Positions 48,730-60,339 of a stretch of DNA of 64,000 bases are shown here, piece by piece. The stretch is from Heptranchias perlo (lineage: Eukaryota): assembly GCF_035084215.1 (NCBI RefSeq), contig NC_090331.1, forward strand, positions 72,602,001 through 72,666,000, read 5' to 3'. Position 1 is the stretch's first letter, and each line of letters begins with the position of its first letter. The position numbers were made by a program, and so were the translations under genes. A model generated the notes under the pieces. The model was not told where the DNA came from. It was given only the letters and a program-made list of their open reading frames with translations, and did not search any database.

Positions 48730-50583
48730 GATGGCCATGAGGAAAGCTGGACCGGCATGGGAGAGGGCCCCACACTTCTCTGATGATTCTCTGGAGGCCC
48801 TGGTGGAAGGCATGGAGAAAGGAGGGCCAACATGTACCAGCAGGGTGGCCAGAGACCCTCCAGACTGCAGCTCTGCAGGCATTGGCAGACTGTGGCACAG
48901 GAACTAAACGCCAGGAGCGCTGCACCATGCACGTGGGTGCATTGCCGAAAGAAGTTCAATGATTTGACACGAGTGGTCAAGGTGAGTGAATGCGAGTGTC
49001 AAGTGCCACATCCTACCAACTGAACCACTGTTCCATGCACGACACCTCCCGTCAACCACGCATCAACAAACGCTGCCCATCCATACGCAATGCTGCACTC
49101 AGCATGCTGCATCTCACCCATACTTGCAGGCCACACAACCATCACTCACAGCTCACACAAACTGGCAGCTATTCGACCATGACAGTCACATCAACCACAC
49201 ACCTCGCAGGATACTCACTGACACACTGTCCTCTGTCTTGCAGGAGAAGGTGGCACATAACAGCTGGCAGCAGGAGGGGCCTGAGGGTGCACGGGCACAT
49301 TTACACGTCCTCACCCCCCTCGAGGAGACTGCACTTAGGATCATTGGGCGGGCCTTCGCTGTAGCTGTGACAACATGCCGTGCTGGAGGTCCCGATGAAA
49401 GGGGGGTCTCTGCATATCTAATGCTCCTTCTCCTTTTCCACATCTTCCTCCTCCCATAATCTTTTCTGACTCACGTGCAGCAGATGCTGTCAGCACGCAC
49501 CTCTTACTCGCTCCTCTCCCCACTCCGCAACTCAACCTGTTTCCATTTGTCTTTGCAGATATCTAAGAACTTTTGGCAGAACCTTCTGAGGAGGAGTAGG
49601 AGGGGAACACTGAAGCCACACCGTCACTCGATCTGACACTCGCATCTACCAGCTCAGAGACTGACACTGCGTGTCCTTTAGAGGTCAGGTTAGAGGAGGG
49701 ATCTGCATGTGGTGAGACACTGAGCACAAGTGCGCAGGAGCCGGGGCGGGGGAAACTGATACCACAGGTGCCAGCTCGCCAGAGGGCGAGGTCGCTCACT
49801 AGTTCTGCTGCAGAGGAGTCAGATGGGGACTTCGATGGGCCAGGCTACAGAAGACGGCTGATGGGCGTACACCAACAAATGCTTGGGGCACTGGAAAGAC
49901 TGCCAGAAAGCCTGAGCACAATGAGAAGGGGCATGGAGGAGTCCAGCTCCAACTTGGCACAAGGCTTTGCGCAGAGCTTGGAGCCCATCCTTTCCAACAT
50001 GGAACGGGTGGTCACCTCCATCAGCGCACCTGTGGAACCCACCATGATGCAGCGTCTGATGACTGATGTCACAGCTTTCACTGAAGCACAAATATCTGCC
50101 ATCCAAGATCTGACTGCTGTATTTAGTGCTCAGATTGCTGCGTTGGAAGCTCAGACTGCTGCTATCATGGCTCTGGGGACCACTGTGGAACGGGGCTTCC
50201 AGGACATCACAGCACTCCAGCAATCCGTTCTCCAGCTGATCACCAGGAATCCTGAGGCGCCGCCCAGGGAGAGTGGCAGTGGCGCCATGGCAGTCGGACC
50301 TGCTCCCACCCCTGCCACTCCGCCAGTGCCCCTGTTGTTGCCTGTCGGCCAGCCAGGCCAGACTGCTGCAGCCTATGCTGAGATGGTGCAGTCTGAAGCC
50401 GGGCCCTCCAGGCCCAGAGCTGCTCGAGGTCGTCCTCCAAGGCCATCTGCACATTCCTCCATTGAAGGCCAGCAGCCTTCCACCACCCATGCTCCAGCCA
50501 CTGGGGAAGCAGCTCATAGGAGCACGAGGATAGGTAAAGGCACACGGACAACAGGCACTAAGGGAATGCACAAGGGTGAATAG
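48730..50583 (+). pseudogene. Harbinger Myb/SANT-like DNA-binding protein gene, spliced and disrupted
   Basis: RAPHFSDDSLEALV...WQTVAQELNA...CRKKFNDL motif; donor GTGAGT at 48982; acceptors at 49243 and 49558; frameshift and stops. Confidence 0.7.
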
Positions 50584-50780
50584 TTCTGTCATGTTTGCAT
50601 AATTTCATTTATTCATTGATAAATGAGACTTTGATTTTGCATTTGGTGGTGGTTTTTATTTATGCAATGAGCTGGGGACACCAATGTGTGATCTGATGGA
50701 GGGTGATTTGATTGTCTTGTGGGAGGGGAAAGGTGGGGAATGTAGGACTGTTGGTGAGTTGGGGGATGTAGTCCCAATTA

Positions 50781-51640
50781 TTAATAGCGGGCACGGATCA
50801 GGCGAGCACGCACAGCCCTTGCAGGCAAGGCGTGTGATTCCTGTTGCACACTTGCATCTTCCTCCACTACCTCTTCCAGCTCCACCCTCTCCTCCGCCTC
50901 TTCCTCCTCAGCCTCCTCCTCCTCCACCTCTGGCTCAGGGTCTTCTCTAATCATTGGTGGCAAAGGCTGGTCCCTCATGATGGCGAGGTTGTGTAGCATG
51001 CAGCAGACCACCACGAATCTGCCCACCCACTCAGGGGAGTACTGCAGTGCTCCTTCAGACCGGTCCAGGCAGCACAAGTGTTGTTTGAGGGGACCTATGG
51101 TGTGCTCCACGATGTTGCGTGTGGTAGCATGGCTCTCATTATAGGCCTGCTGTGCACGTGTGTGTGGATTCCTGACCGGTGTTATGAGCCACGTCGTGTG
51201 GGGATAGCCCTTGTCACCCAGTAGCCAGCCTTTGACTTGCCGAGTCAGGTGAAAGATAGCTGGCACTTTGGACTGCCGCATGACAAAGGCATCGTGACTG
51301 CTCCCAGGGTAGCGGGCATCGACCTCCATGATTCGATGCGTGTGATCACACACCAGCTGCACGTTGAGGGAGTGGAAGCCCTTTCAGTTGACAAAAGTGG
51401 CTGAGTTGATATGTGGGGCACGCAGGGCGATATGCATTCAGTCAATGGCACCCTGCACCATGGATAAGCCAGCAATGCGGGTGAACCCCTGTGCTCACTC
51501 GTTCTGCTTGTCCCTGTGCAAAGGGAAGGTGTTGAAACTGATCCTCATCTGGTACAGTACGTCTTGTTGCACATGTCGCCAGCAGAGGCCTGAAATGCTC
51601 CTGAGCCTTAGAAATTCAGCACCACGGTGACCTTCACAGC
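50781..51640 (-). pseudogene. Harbinger (HARBI1-like) DDE transposase, C-terminal part
   Basis: [30 protein letters not shown] and CCMLHN motifs with an acidic tail; frameshifted upstream. Confidence 0.88.
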
Positions 51641-51643
51641 TAC

Positions 51644-52251
51644 AAATGTAAGGAATCTTACAACACCAGGTTATAGTCCAACAGTTTTATTTGAAAAACA
51701 CAAGCTTTCGGAGGCTTTCTCCTTCGTCAGGTGAGTGTGGGATTCCATGGAAGGTACCGCATATATAGTCAGAGAACGATGCCTGGTGATTACAGATAAT
51801 CTTTCCAACTGCCAGTTGTCAAGGCAATCAAAGGAGTCGTTTAGTGTTCAGACAGAGAGACATTACATACAGGACTACTGAATATACAAACGGTCAGAAC
51901 CCAAAGACAGAGAGAGAGAGAGAGAAACATCCAAAAGGAAGAGAAAGAGAGAGAATGATCAGTTGTATTAAAAACAGATAACTCTTTTTTCGCTAGTGGG
52001 GATACGTGTAGCATGACATGAACCCAAGATCCCGGTTGAGGCCGTCATCATGGGTGCGGAACTTGGCTATCAATTTCTGCTCGACGATTTTGCGTTGTCG
52101 TGTGTCTCGAAGGCCGCCTTGGAGAACGCTTACCCGAAGATAGGTGGCTGAATGTCCTTGACTGCTGAAGTGTTCCCCAACTGGGAGGGAACCCTCCTGT
52201 CTGGAGATTGTTGCGCGGTGTCCGTTCATCCGTTGTCGCAGTGTCTGCATG
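51644..52251 (-). mobile_element. Penelope-like retroelement 3' fragment (GIY-YIG endonuclease C-terminus plus terminal repeat)
   Basis: ORF 51993-52250 (LRQRMNGHR...PVGEHF...R...EQKLI..F.T...GLNRD). The terminal sequence recurs at 62370-62499. Confidence 0.85.
51697..51736 (-). ncRNA. Minimal hammerhead ribozyme motif of the Penelope terminal repeat
   Basis: Minus strand CAC-CTGACGA-A-GGAG-AAAGC-CTCC-GAAA-GCTT-GTG: CUGANGA and GAAA core, 4-bp stem II, palindromic AAGCTT in place of stem III. Confidence 0.6.
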
Positions 52252-53422
52252 GCCCTAGATTTTTAAAATAAATCATGGAACGATTTGTGCACCTGATAAG
52301 TAAAAATAAAGAATACAGGAAGTGAAATTTGATATCTAGATTTTTGGTATAATATAATATTAAACCACTGCACAATCATGATTTTGTCAATTGTACGTAT
52401 TCTGCTGTGTATAAAACATGGTAAATGTTCTATGTAGTATTGGCAATAAGTGGTTCCAGAAAACATACGAACATACGACATTGAAGGATAGGAAAAGGCC
52501 AGCAGGTCCATCAAGCCTGCCCCACACGCATGATGGCTGGAGCATCACAACTGGACCTATCCTACCTCCCCAAAGCCATGTTATCTCCTGCTATCTCCAT
52601 CAATCCACTGTGAGACCACAACTTGCCCTTCACAGTGGAGAAGAGCTCAGTGATCCAAACCTTCTCATTATTTTCACTGCCTGCTCTCTCAGGTTTCAGG
52701 GCTGCTCTCCCAGGCGATGTCGGAGCAGAGTGCACTTCAATCAAATCAACTCACCATTAGAAGTGTCATTTTTTTGAGTTGTACAACTGACTTACATTGA
52801 GAACCACGAGCATGTGTACAATTACAGCATTGAATCAAATGTGGCTTTTGCGTTTCAACAATGAGCAATATAACCACTTCTTCACTGAATGTGGTGAACA
52901 TTGGAAGTGGGTTTCACTATAATATTGGTTTCTGATGTGATTTTCAATGTTTTTACTTTAAAAAGGAGTGACATTCTCTTGGAGTTGAGGACGAGAGTGA
53001 AGCTGGACTAAATGCTGTGGATATTTTTACTTCAAAAGTGCCTGATTCTTATTCCAGGTTTCCTTTAGTCAACTGAGATGATATAGAAATGAGAACCTTG
53101 GATTTCATTCATGGGACAAGCAGCCCTCATTCATCGTGACTTACATTTTGATGTTCACTTTCGTGAAGTCCATGCATTGTATTGTCAATATCATGGACAA
53201 CATTCATTCCTAAATCTGCATTCACTGAATTTAAATCAATTCATTAGTTGAGATCAAAGAGGTAAAATACTCGGCATGAGAGCCCAGCCTGAGATTTCCA
53301 TCAGATTTCTAAGTGATTTCCACCACAATCTAAAAATAAATGACAATGTTTGTTAAGCGCTGGTGATTTTATTAATCTTAAGACCACTTCAGAGAGACAA
53401 AAACATGTTTTGCAAGAACAAT

Positions 53423-54777
53423 CTAGAAGTCCCTCATGCGCCTGAAAGATCCGATAGTTGAGCTGTTGCCGCCCCAGTCACTGAATCTCCTGTATTCTCC
53501 GGGTCTCATGAAGTACTGTCGGCCTCTGTAGTTGGGTTGTTCATAGAAGGTCCAGTAACCGTCCATCACATGGCAGGAGTGAATGTCACGGTAGCGGAAA
53601 CGATCGTAGACAGATGGACAGTCATCCATGAATTCCATCATCTGTCCTCCAAAGTCAGGCCTCTCGTAAACCCTCATTCTGTGGTTTCCACCTCTGTACT
53701 GTAATATAAAAAGATCATATCAGTGAAGAAACTATAAATGTTCAGTGTCTAGAAAGACAGCCTCCTGGTGAGAAGGGAGCTTAAGAAAGGTTGCAGATGA
53801 TGTTTCTGAAAAGCAAGAATCAGTTCAGTAACATCTATTGAAAAAGTTGATTCTCTGCTAACTGAAGTAACCAAGACATGCTTGTGTAAATGATGCAGAA
53901 AAACAGTGAAATGTTTGTAACAGCAAATTCAGGACTGATTCTGTTTGGGCTCATACGGATAGGACATTTTTAGTATCAATATTTATCCCTTTTTCAGATT
54001 GCAATTTGATGGTTCCATTTTTTTTACTTTTAAGTCATGTGATTAATGATAAGATGCCTAAGATCAGGGTCTTGCAGTAGGTGGTATTTTTACATTCTAT
54101 AATTCCAATCTAACAATTAGCTTTTCAGTTCTAAATGGTTAATTATTGTGAACTAATTCATCCAATATTTTATGGAAACTATAGACTGGTACACAGATCA
54201 TATATGTCACCTAATCTTTTAGGTTTGGATAATTATGCTCTTCAGAACCTAACTGTATCTTTATTATTATTATTACAAATATCAGGTCATTTAGATATAC
54301 CACACACAAAGATTTACTACACGTGAAAACAGCTGAAGTATTTTCGCAGTTGACATTGACAAACTCAATTGCTCAACAAGTTGTCATTAACTTGTCCTCA
54401 ATCTGGGTTAAATATACAAACCATCAACTTACATATGGGTATGTGCGACATGACCTGATGTTGTCATTGAATCCCATCCAGCGCTGGTAGTCAGGATATT
54501 CTCCTCTGCTCAGAACATACTGATATCCCATGTAATTGGGTCTCTCATACACCACCCACCAGTCACTCTCAACACGGATGGAGTTGCAGCGGCTGAAGTA
54601 AGAGGACAGGTCAGCACAGTCAGTACTGCTCTCATGGTGCCGACCCTGGAAGTTCCTGTCCTCGTAAAAGGTGATCTGTGGAAAGATATAGATTTGCAAA
54701 TTAATATTTTCTCAAACTAGGAGATTGAAGAGTTATAATACAAAGTATAAAATCTGAGTTCTTCTTGCCTTTCCCAT
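53423..54777 (-). CDS. Gamma-crystallin (shark gamma-S1-like), gene C, 175 aa
   Basis: Exon 1 54769-54777, exon 2 54433-54675, exon 3 53423-53698; GC-AG intron 1; TATA at 54837. Confidence 0.93.
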
Positions 54778-55456
54778 TTTGAGCTCACAGTTAGATTAGT
54801 AACTGACTGAATGTTTCACTGCTTCACACAGCTTGGTATTTATATGCTGGGCAGAAAGGCCTCTCTGGGCTGTATCTTTGTTATTCTAATGATTCAGGAT
54901 TGAAAATCAGCAAAAATCATCAAAACACATGTTGCATTCATTGCAGAAAAACACCTGAAAGATTCCTGATGTGTCATTTATTCTTTCCTCTTTGCCTTCC
55001 TGTCATTTTAATTGTTGCTGAACAAAGCAGTTCTGGAACAATCTCAGATCCAAAGTGACCCAGGTCTGTTTCAAATAGTTTGATGTAACTGCCTGGTTCT
55101 GCTCCCAAACTGGCCGAGGTAAAGACAAACGTATCCAGAGCATGTTCCTTCGTTTATTGCCTTGTACACATCTGATTGATGTATAATTGCGAGTGAGTTT
55201 AGTTTCCAGATTGCGCCACTGCCCCCTCCCAAAAACCTTCATACAATGATATCACAGCCAGCACCAATCTGATGACATTATTACCTTCATGTGCAGCCAT
55301 ATTGTGGATGGTGTATATTAACACAATTTACAGATCATAAATTGTTTATTTAGTTTAAATAGAGACTTGGATGGAAACTTACTGTCTTTTTTTGTTTCAA
55401 AATTCGGGACTTCTAATATGAATATTCAAATAATTAAGAGAACAATACAAAGTTAA

Positions 55457-56395
55457 GGGGCTCAATTTTAAAATCAAATTGTGGGTGCGTTGGGAGTGGG
55501 GGGGAGGGGGGCTGTGAAAATGGCAAAAATCCCAAGAGGGTTCGGAAGTCGGCTCCAACCCGCCGACTTCCGAGTTGCCCACAGACGAGCCTGTGAGCGC
55601 GCCCGCTTCACGCTACCAGAAGTCCCGTCGGCATGATAGTTAAAGAACCAAATGTACCTCGTTGAGGTACTTAAGGTACTTTACTTCTGACATAGTAGAT
55701 AGTTGAAACGATTTTAAACTTACTTGGGCGGCTTTCCCACAGCTTCTGATTCACGCCTGGTCACGTCAGATCAGGCAAAAATAAACAAAATAAGTTAAAT
55801 AAAAAACCATTGCACAGAGTTAAAAGCAAAATAAACCTACCTTTCCACCCTGCACCAATGTCCGATGTCTACGACTCCGATGTCCCCCTCTCCCCCCGAT
55901 GTCTCCCTCTCCGATGTCCCTCTCCCCTCACCCGATGTCCTTCTCCGATATCCCTCTCCCCCCCTGATGTCCCTCTCTGATCTGCCCCTCTCCCCCCCCC
56001 TCAATATCCCTCTCCGATCACCCTCTCTCCCCTACCCCAAACTGCCCCTTTCCCCCCGAGCTGGACTCTCTTCCCCAATTTCCCCCTCCCTCCTCGAGCT
56101 TCCCCCCCCCGATCGTCCCCTCTCCCCCCCAATCTTCCATTCTTCCACCCTCCCCCACTCCCCGATCTTCAACGTCCTCCACTCTCTGTTCCAGCACAGG
56201 ATGAGGTCTCGCTCTCTGTGTTTGTCTCCTGCCCCCTCGGATTTGCTGCTCCTGTCGCCAGCCAGCCTGTCAATCAGGCTGACTGCGGGGTGCGAAATTC
56301 TGAAAGAATTTTAATCACCATCAATTACATCGCGATCGTGCCGGAAAAGGTAAGTTTTCACACACCCTCTGCCGCTGCCAACCGCCACCATATCA
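55457..56395. mobile_element. MITE-like insertion with an internal pyrimidine-rich tandem repeat (55860-56170)
   Basis: Absent from paralogous units; starts GGGGCTCAATTTT; contains (CCGATGTCCCCCTCTCCCC)-like repeats. Confidence 0.6.
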
Positions 56396-58318
56396 AAACA
56401 GCTGCAGAGACTGAAAGTAGCTTCTGGCTTGATTTGTCCCAACAGTAAAGTGTTAAAGGTCAGATAGCTCCCTTTAGAGATAAGTTGAGAAAAAGGATGT
56501 GAGATCATTGTATGTCCCCTGAGACCCGTGTACTCTCCCAGACAACACTGTACTTTCCCAGAGAACACTGCCGTTTCCTGTTATTTGAGCACTAATCCAG
56601 TTCAATTTTGAGCCCCCTCAAATCAGCGTAACTTGGGTTGAGAACAAGGTTGTGCAGAGGATTGTAGCTGTGATACTTTGGCCCCAAATCATTGCTGTAT
56701 TTGACCCATAAATCCTGAAGCTTATATAAGGGGGGGAAAGTAGACCAATGATTAAAAACAGATAAGACCCATTTATTATTGATCATTGTTAATGTCACTG
56801 ACCTGAGGAAGATTACTTCCATACAGAATATCAATTATGTCTTTTAATAAAAATATGACTGAGGTTGCATTCCAACAAGGAACCAATTGCAGAGTTGTGA
56901 TTGATTTGGCAAATAGTGAACTGTGCACCTTACCTGACTGAGTGCAATAACAGAACCTCCTGTGATTCATAAATTCGTATTCTATCAAACCAGCAACTTT
57001 TGTACTCAGTGTAGTTTAGAAGCAGTACTGTCAGTTAAATCACTACATTTTTAAAATAAATTATGGAATGAAATAAGGGCTCTGGGTGGAATTGACTTTG
57101 TCACCTGATAAGTAAAAATAAAGAATACAGGAAATGAAATTCGACATCTCGATTTTTAATATAGTAAAATGTTAATGCACTACAGACTCATGACGTGCCC
57201 AAATGTACATATTCTGCTGTGTGTTAAACCATGTTCTATGTATTAATGGCAATAAGTGGTTCCTCAAAACATACAAACATACAAAAATGAAGGTAGAAAA
57301 AGACCAGCAGGTCCATCAAGCCTGTTCCAGATGCATGATGGCTGGAGTATCACAACTGGACCTATCCAACTCCCCAAAGCCATGTTATCCCCTGCGATCT
57401 CCATCAATCCACTGTGAGACCACAACTTGTCCTTCACAGTGGAGAAGAGCTCAGTGATCCAAACCTTCTCATTATTTTCACTGCCTACTCTCTCAGGTTT
57501 TAGGGCTGGTCGCCCAGGCGATGTCGGAGCAGAGTGCACTTCAATCAAATCGACTCTCCGTTAGAAGGATCGCTTTCCTGACTGCAAGATAGCCAGGATT
57601 CCATTAAAAAAATCCTTCTTGCAGCCCACCCAATAAGTACCCTGGAAATATTTTTCCTCCTGAGTTTTGTGTTGTACAACCAACTTACATTGAGAACCAC
57701 GAGCGTGTGTACAGTTACAGCATTGAATCAAATGCGGTTTTTGCATTTCTACATGAGCAATATATCCACTTCTTCACTGAAAGTAGTGAACATTGGAAGT
57801 GGATTTCACTATAATTTTGTTTTCTGATGTGATCTTCAATGTTTTTACTTTAAAAAGCAGTTACATTCTCTTGGAGTTGAGGACGAGAGTGAAGCTGGAC
57901 TAAATACTGTGGATATTTTTACTTTAAAAGTGCCTGATTCTTATTCCAGGTTTCCTTTAGTCAACTGAGATGATATAGAAATGAGAACCTTGGATTTCAT
58001 TCATGGGACAAGCAGCCCTCATTAATCGTGACTTACATTTTGATGCTTACTTTCATGAAGTCCGTGCATTGTATTGTCAATATCATGGACAACATTCATT
58101 ACTAAATCTGCATTCACTGAATTTAAATCAATTCATTAGCTGAGATCAAAGAGGTAAAATACTCGGCATGAGACCCCAGCCTGAGATTTCCATCAGATTT
58201 CTCTGTGATTTCCACCATAATCTAAAAATAAATGAATCAAGATGTTTGTTAAGTAGAGGAGATTTTATTAATCTTAAGTCACTTTCAGAGAGACAAAATC
58301 ATGTTTTTCAAGAATAAT

Positions 58319-59624
58319 CTAGAAGTCCCTCATGCGCCTGAAAGATCCGATAGTTGAGCTGTTGCCACCCCAGTCACTGAATCTCCTGTATTCACCGGGT
58401 CTCATGAAGTACTGTCGGCCCCTGTAGTTGGGATGTTCATAGAAGGTCCAGTAACCGTCCATCACATGGCAGGAGTGAATGTCACGGCAGCGGAAACGAT
58501 CGTAGACAGATGGACAGTCATCCATGAATTCCATCATCTGTCCTCCAAAGTCAGGCCTCTCGTAAACCCTCATTCTGTAGTTTCCACCTCTGTACTGTAA
58601 TATAAATAAGATCATATTAGTGAAGAAACTATAAATGTTCAGTGTCTAGAAAGACAGCCTCCTGGTGAGAAGGGAGCTTAAGAAAGGTTACAGATGATGT
58701 TTCTGAACAGTAAGCGGCTCTTGTGTAGACTGATACAGAGAAACAGTAAAATGTTTGTAACAGCAAATTCAGGACTGATTCTATTAGGACACATTCAGAT
58801 AGGACATTTTTAATGTCAATATCATTCCTTTTTTAGATTGAGATTACATGGTCTCTCTTGCTTTTCTTAACTATTTACGATAGGTGATTAACGATAAGGT
58901 GCTTAAGTTCTGAGTCTCACTGTGGGTGGTATTTTTACATTCCAAACTTCCAATCGAACAATTAGGCATTCAATTCTAATTGGTTAATTATTGTGAACTA
59001 ATTCATCCAATTATATTCCCGTATTTTATTGAAACTTTGGACTGGTACACAGATCATATGTCACCTAGTCTTTTAAGGTTGGATAATTATGCTCATAAGA
59101 ACGTAAATGTGTATCTTAATAATTATTACAAATATAAGATCATTTAGATATACCGCACTCAAAGCTTTACTACACGTGAAAACCGCTTACTTGTTTTCTC
59201 AGTTGACACCGACAGCTCAATTGCTCAGCAAGTTATCATTTACTAGTCCTCAATCTGGGTAACATATACAAATCATCAAAGGTAACTTACATATGGGTAT
59301 GTGCGACATGACCTGATGTTGTCATTGTATCCCATCCAGCGCTGGTAGTCAGGATATTCTCCTCTGCTCAGAACATACTGGTATCCCATGTAATTGGGTC
59401 TCTCATACAGCACCCACCAGTCACTCTCAACACGGATGGAGTTGCAGCGGCTGAAGTAAGAGGACAGGTCAGCACAGTCAGTACTGCACTCGTGGCGCCG
59501 ACCCTGGAAGTTCCTGTCCTCGTAAAAGATGATCTGTGGAAAGATATAGATTTGCAAATTAATGAAGAGGGAGAATGAAGAATTCTAACACAATATATAA
59601 AATCTGAGTTCTTACCTTTCCCAT
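58319..59624 (-). CDS. Gamma-crystallin (shark gamma-S1-like), gene D, 175 aa
   Basis: Exon 1 59616-59624, exon 2 59291-59533, exon 3 58319-58594; both introns GT-AG; TATA at 59684. Confidence 0.95.
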
Positions 59625-60339
59625 TTTGAGCTCACAGTTAGATTAGTAACTGACTGAATGTTTCACTGCTTCACACAGCTTGGTATTTATATGCTGGGCA
59701 GAAAGGCCTCTCTGGGCTGTATCTTTGTTATTCTAACGATTCAGAACTGAAAATCAGCAAACATCAACAAAACACATGTTGCATTCATTGTAGAAAAACA
59801 CCTGAAAGATGCCTGATGTGTCATTTATTCTTTCCCATTCTCCTTCCTGTCATTTTAATTGTTGTTTGAACAAAGCACTTCTGGGACAATCACAGATACA
59901 AAGTCACCCAGGTCTGTTTCAAATAGTTTGGTTTAACCGCCTGATTCTGCTCCCAAACTGGCCGAGATCAAGACAAAGATATCCAGAGCATGTCGATTCG
60001 GTTATTGCCTTGTACTCATCTGGTTGATGTATAATTACGAGTGAGTTTAGTTTCCAGATTGCACCACTGCCCCCTCTCCAAATCCTTCATTCAATGATGT
60101 CACGGCCGGCATCAATCTGATGACATTATTGCCTTCATGTGCAACCATATTGTGGGTGGTATTTATTAACACAAATTACAGATCATACATTGTTTATTTA
60201 GTTGAAACAGAGTCTTTGATTGAAACTTACTGTCTGCTTTTTTGTTTCAAAATTCGTGACTTCTAATAGGAATATTCAAATCAGTAAGAGAACAATAGAA
60301 AGTTAAGATGTGGGAGACAACGTCAGAGATTGAAAGGAG

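Larger units (their letters stand above)
48449..51643. mobile_element. Degraded PIF/Harbinger DNA transposon with convergent Myb/SANT and transposase genes
   Basis: Insertion relative to paralogous units; carries both characteristic Harbinger genes. Confidence 0.85.

Noticed and set aside
55865-56314. Pro/Ser-rich 149-aa ORF
   Set aside because: Translation of a pyrimidine-rich tandem repeat inside a MITE-like insertion.
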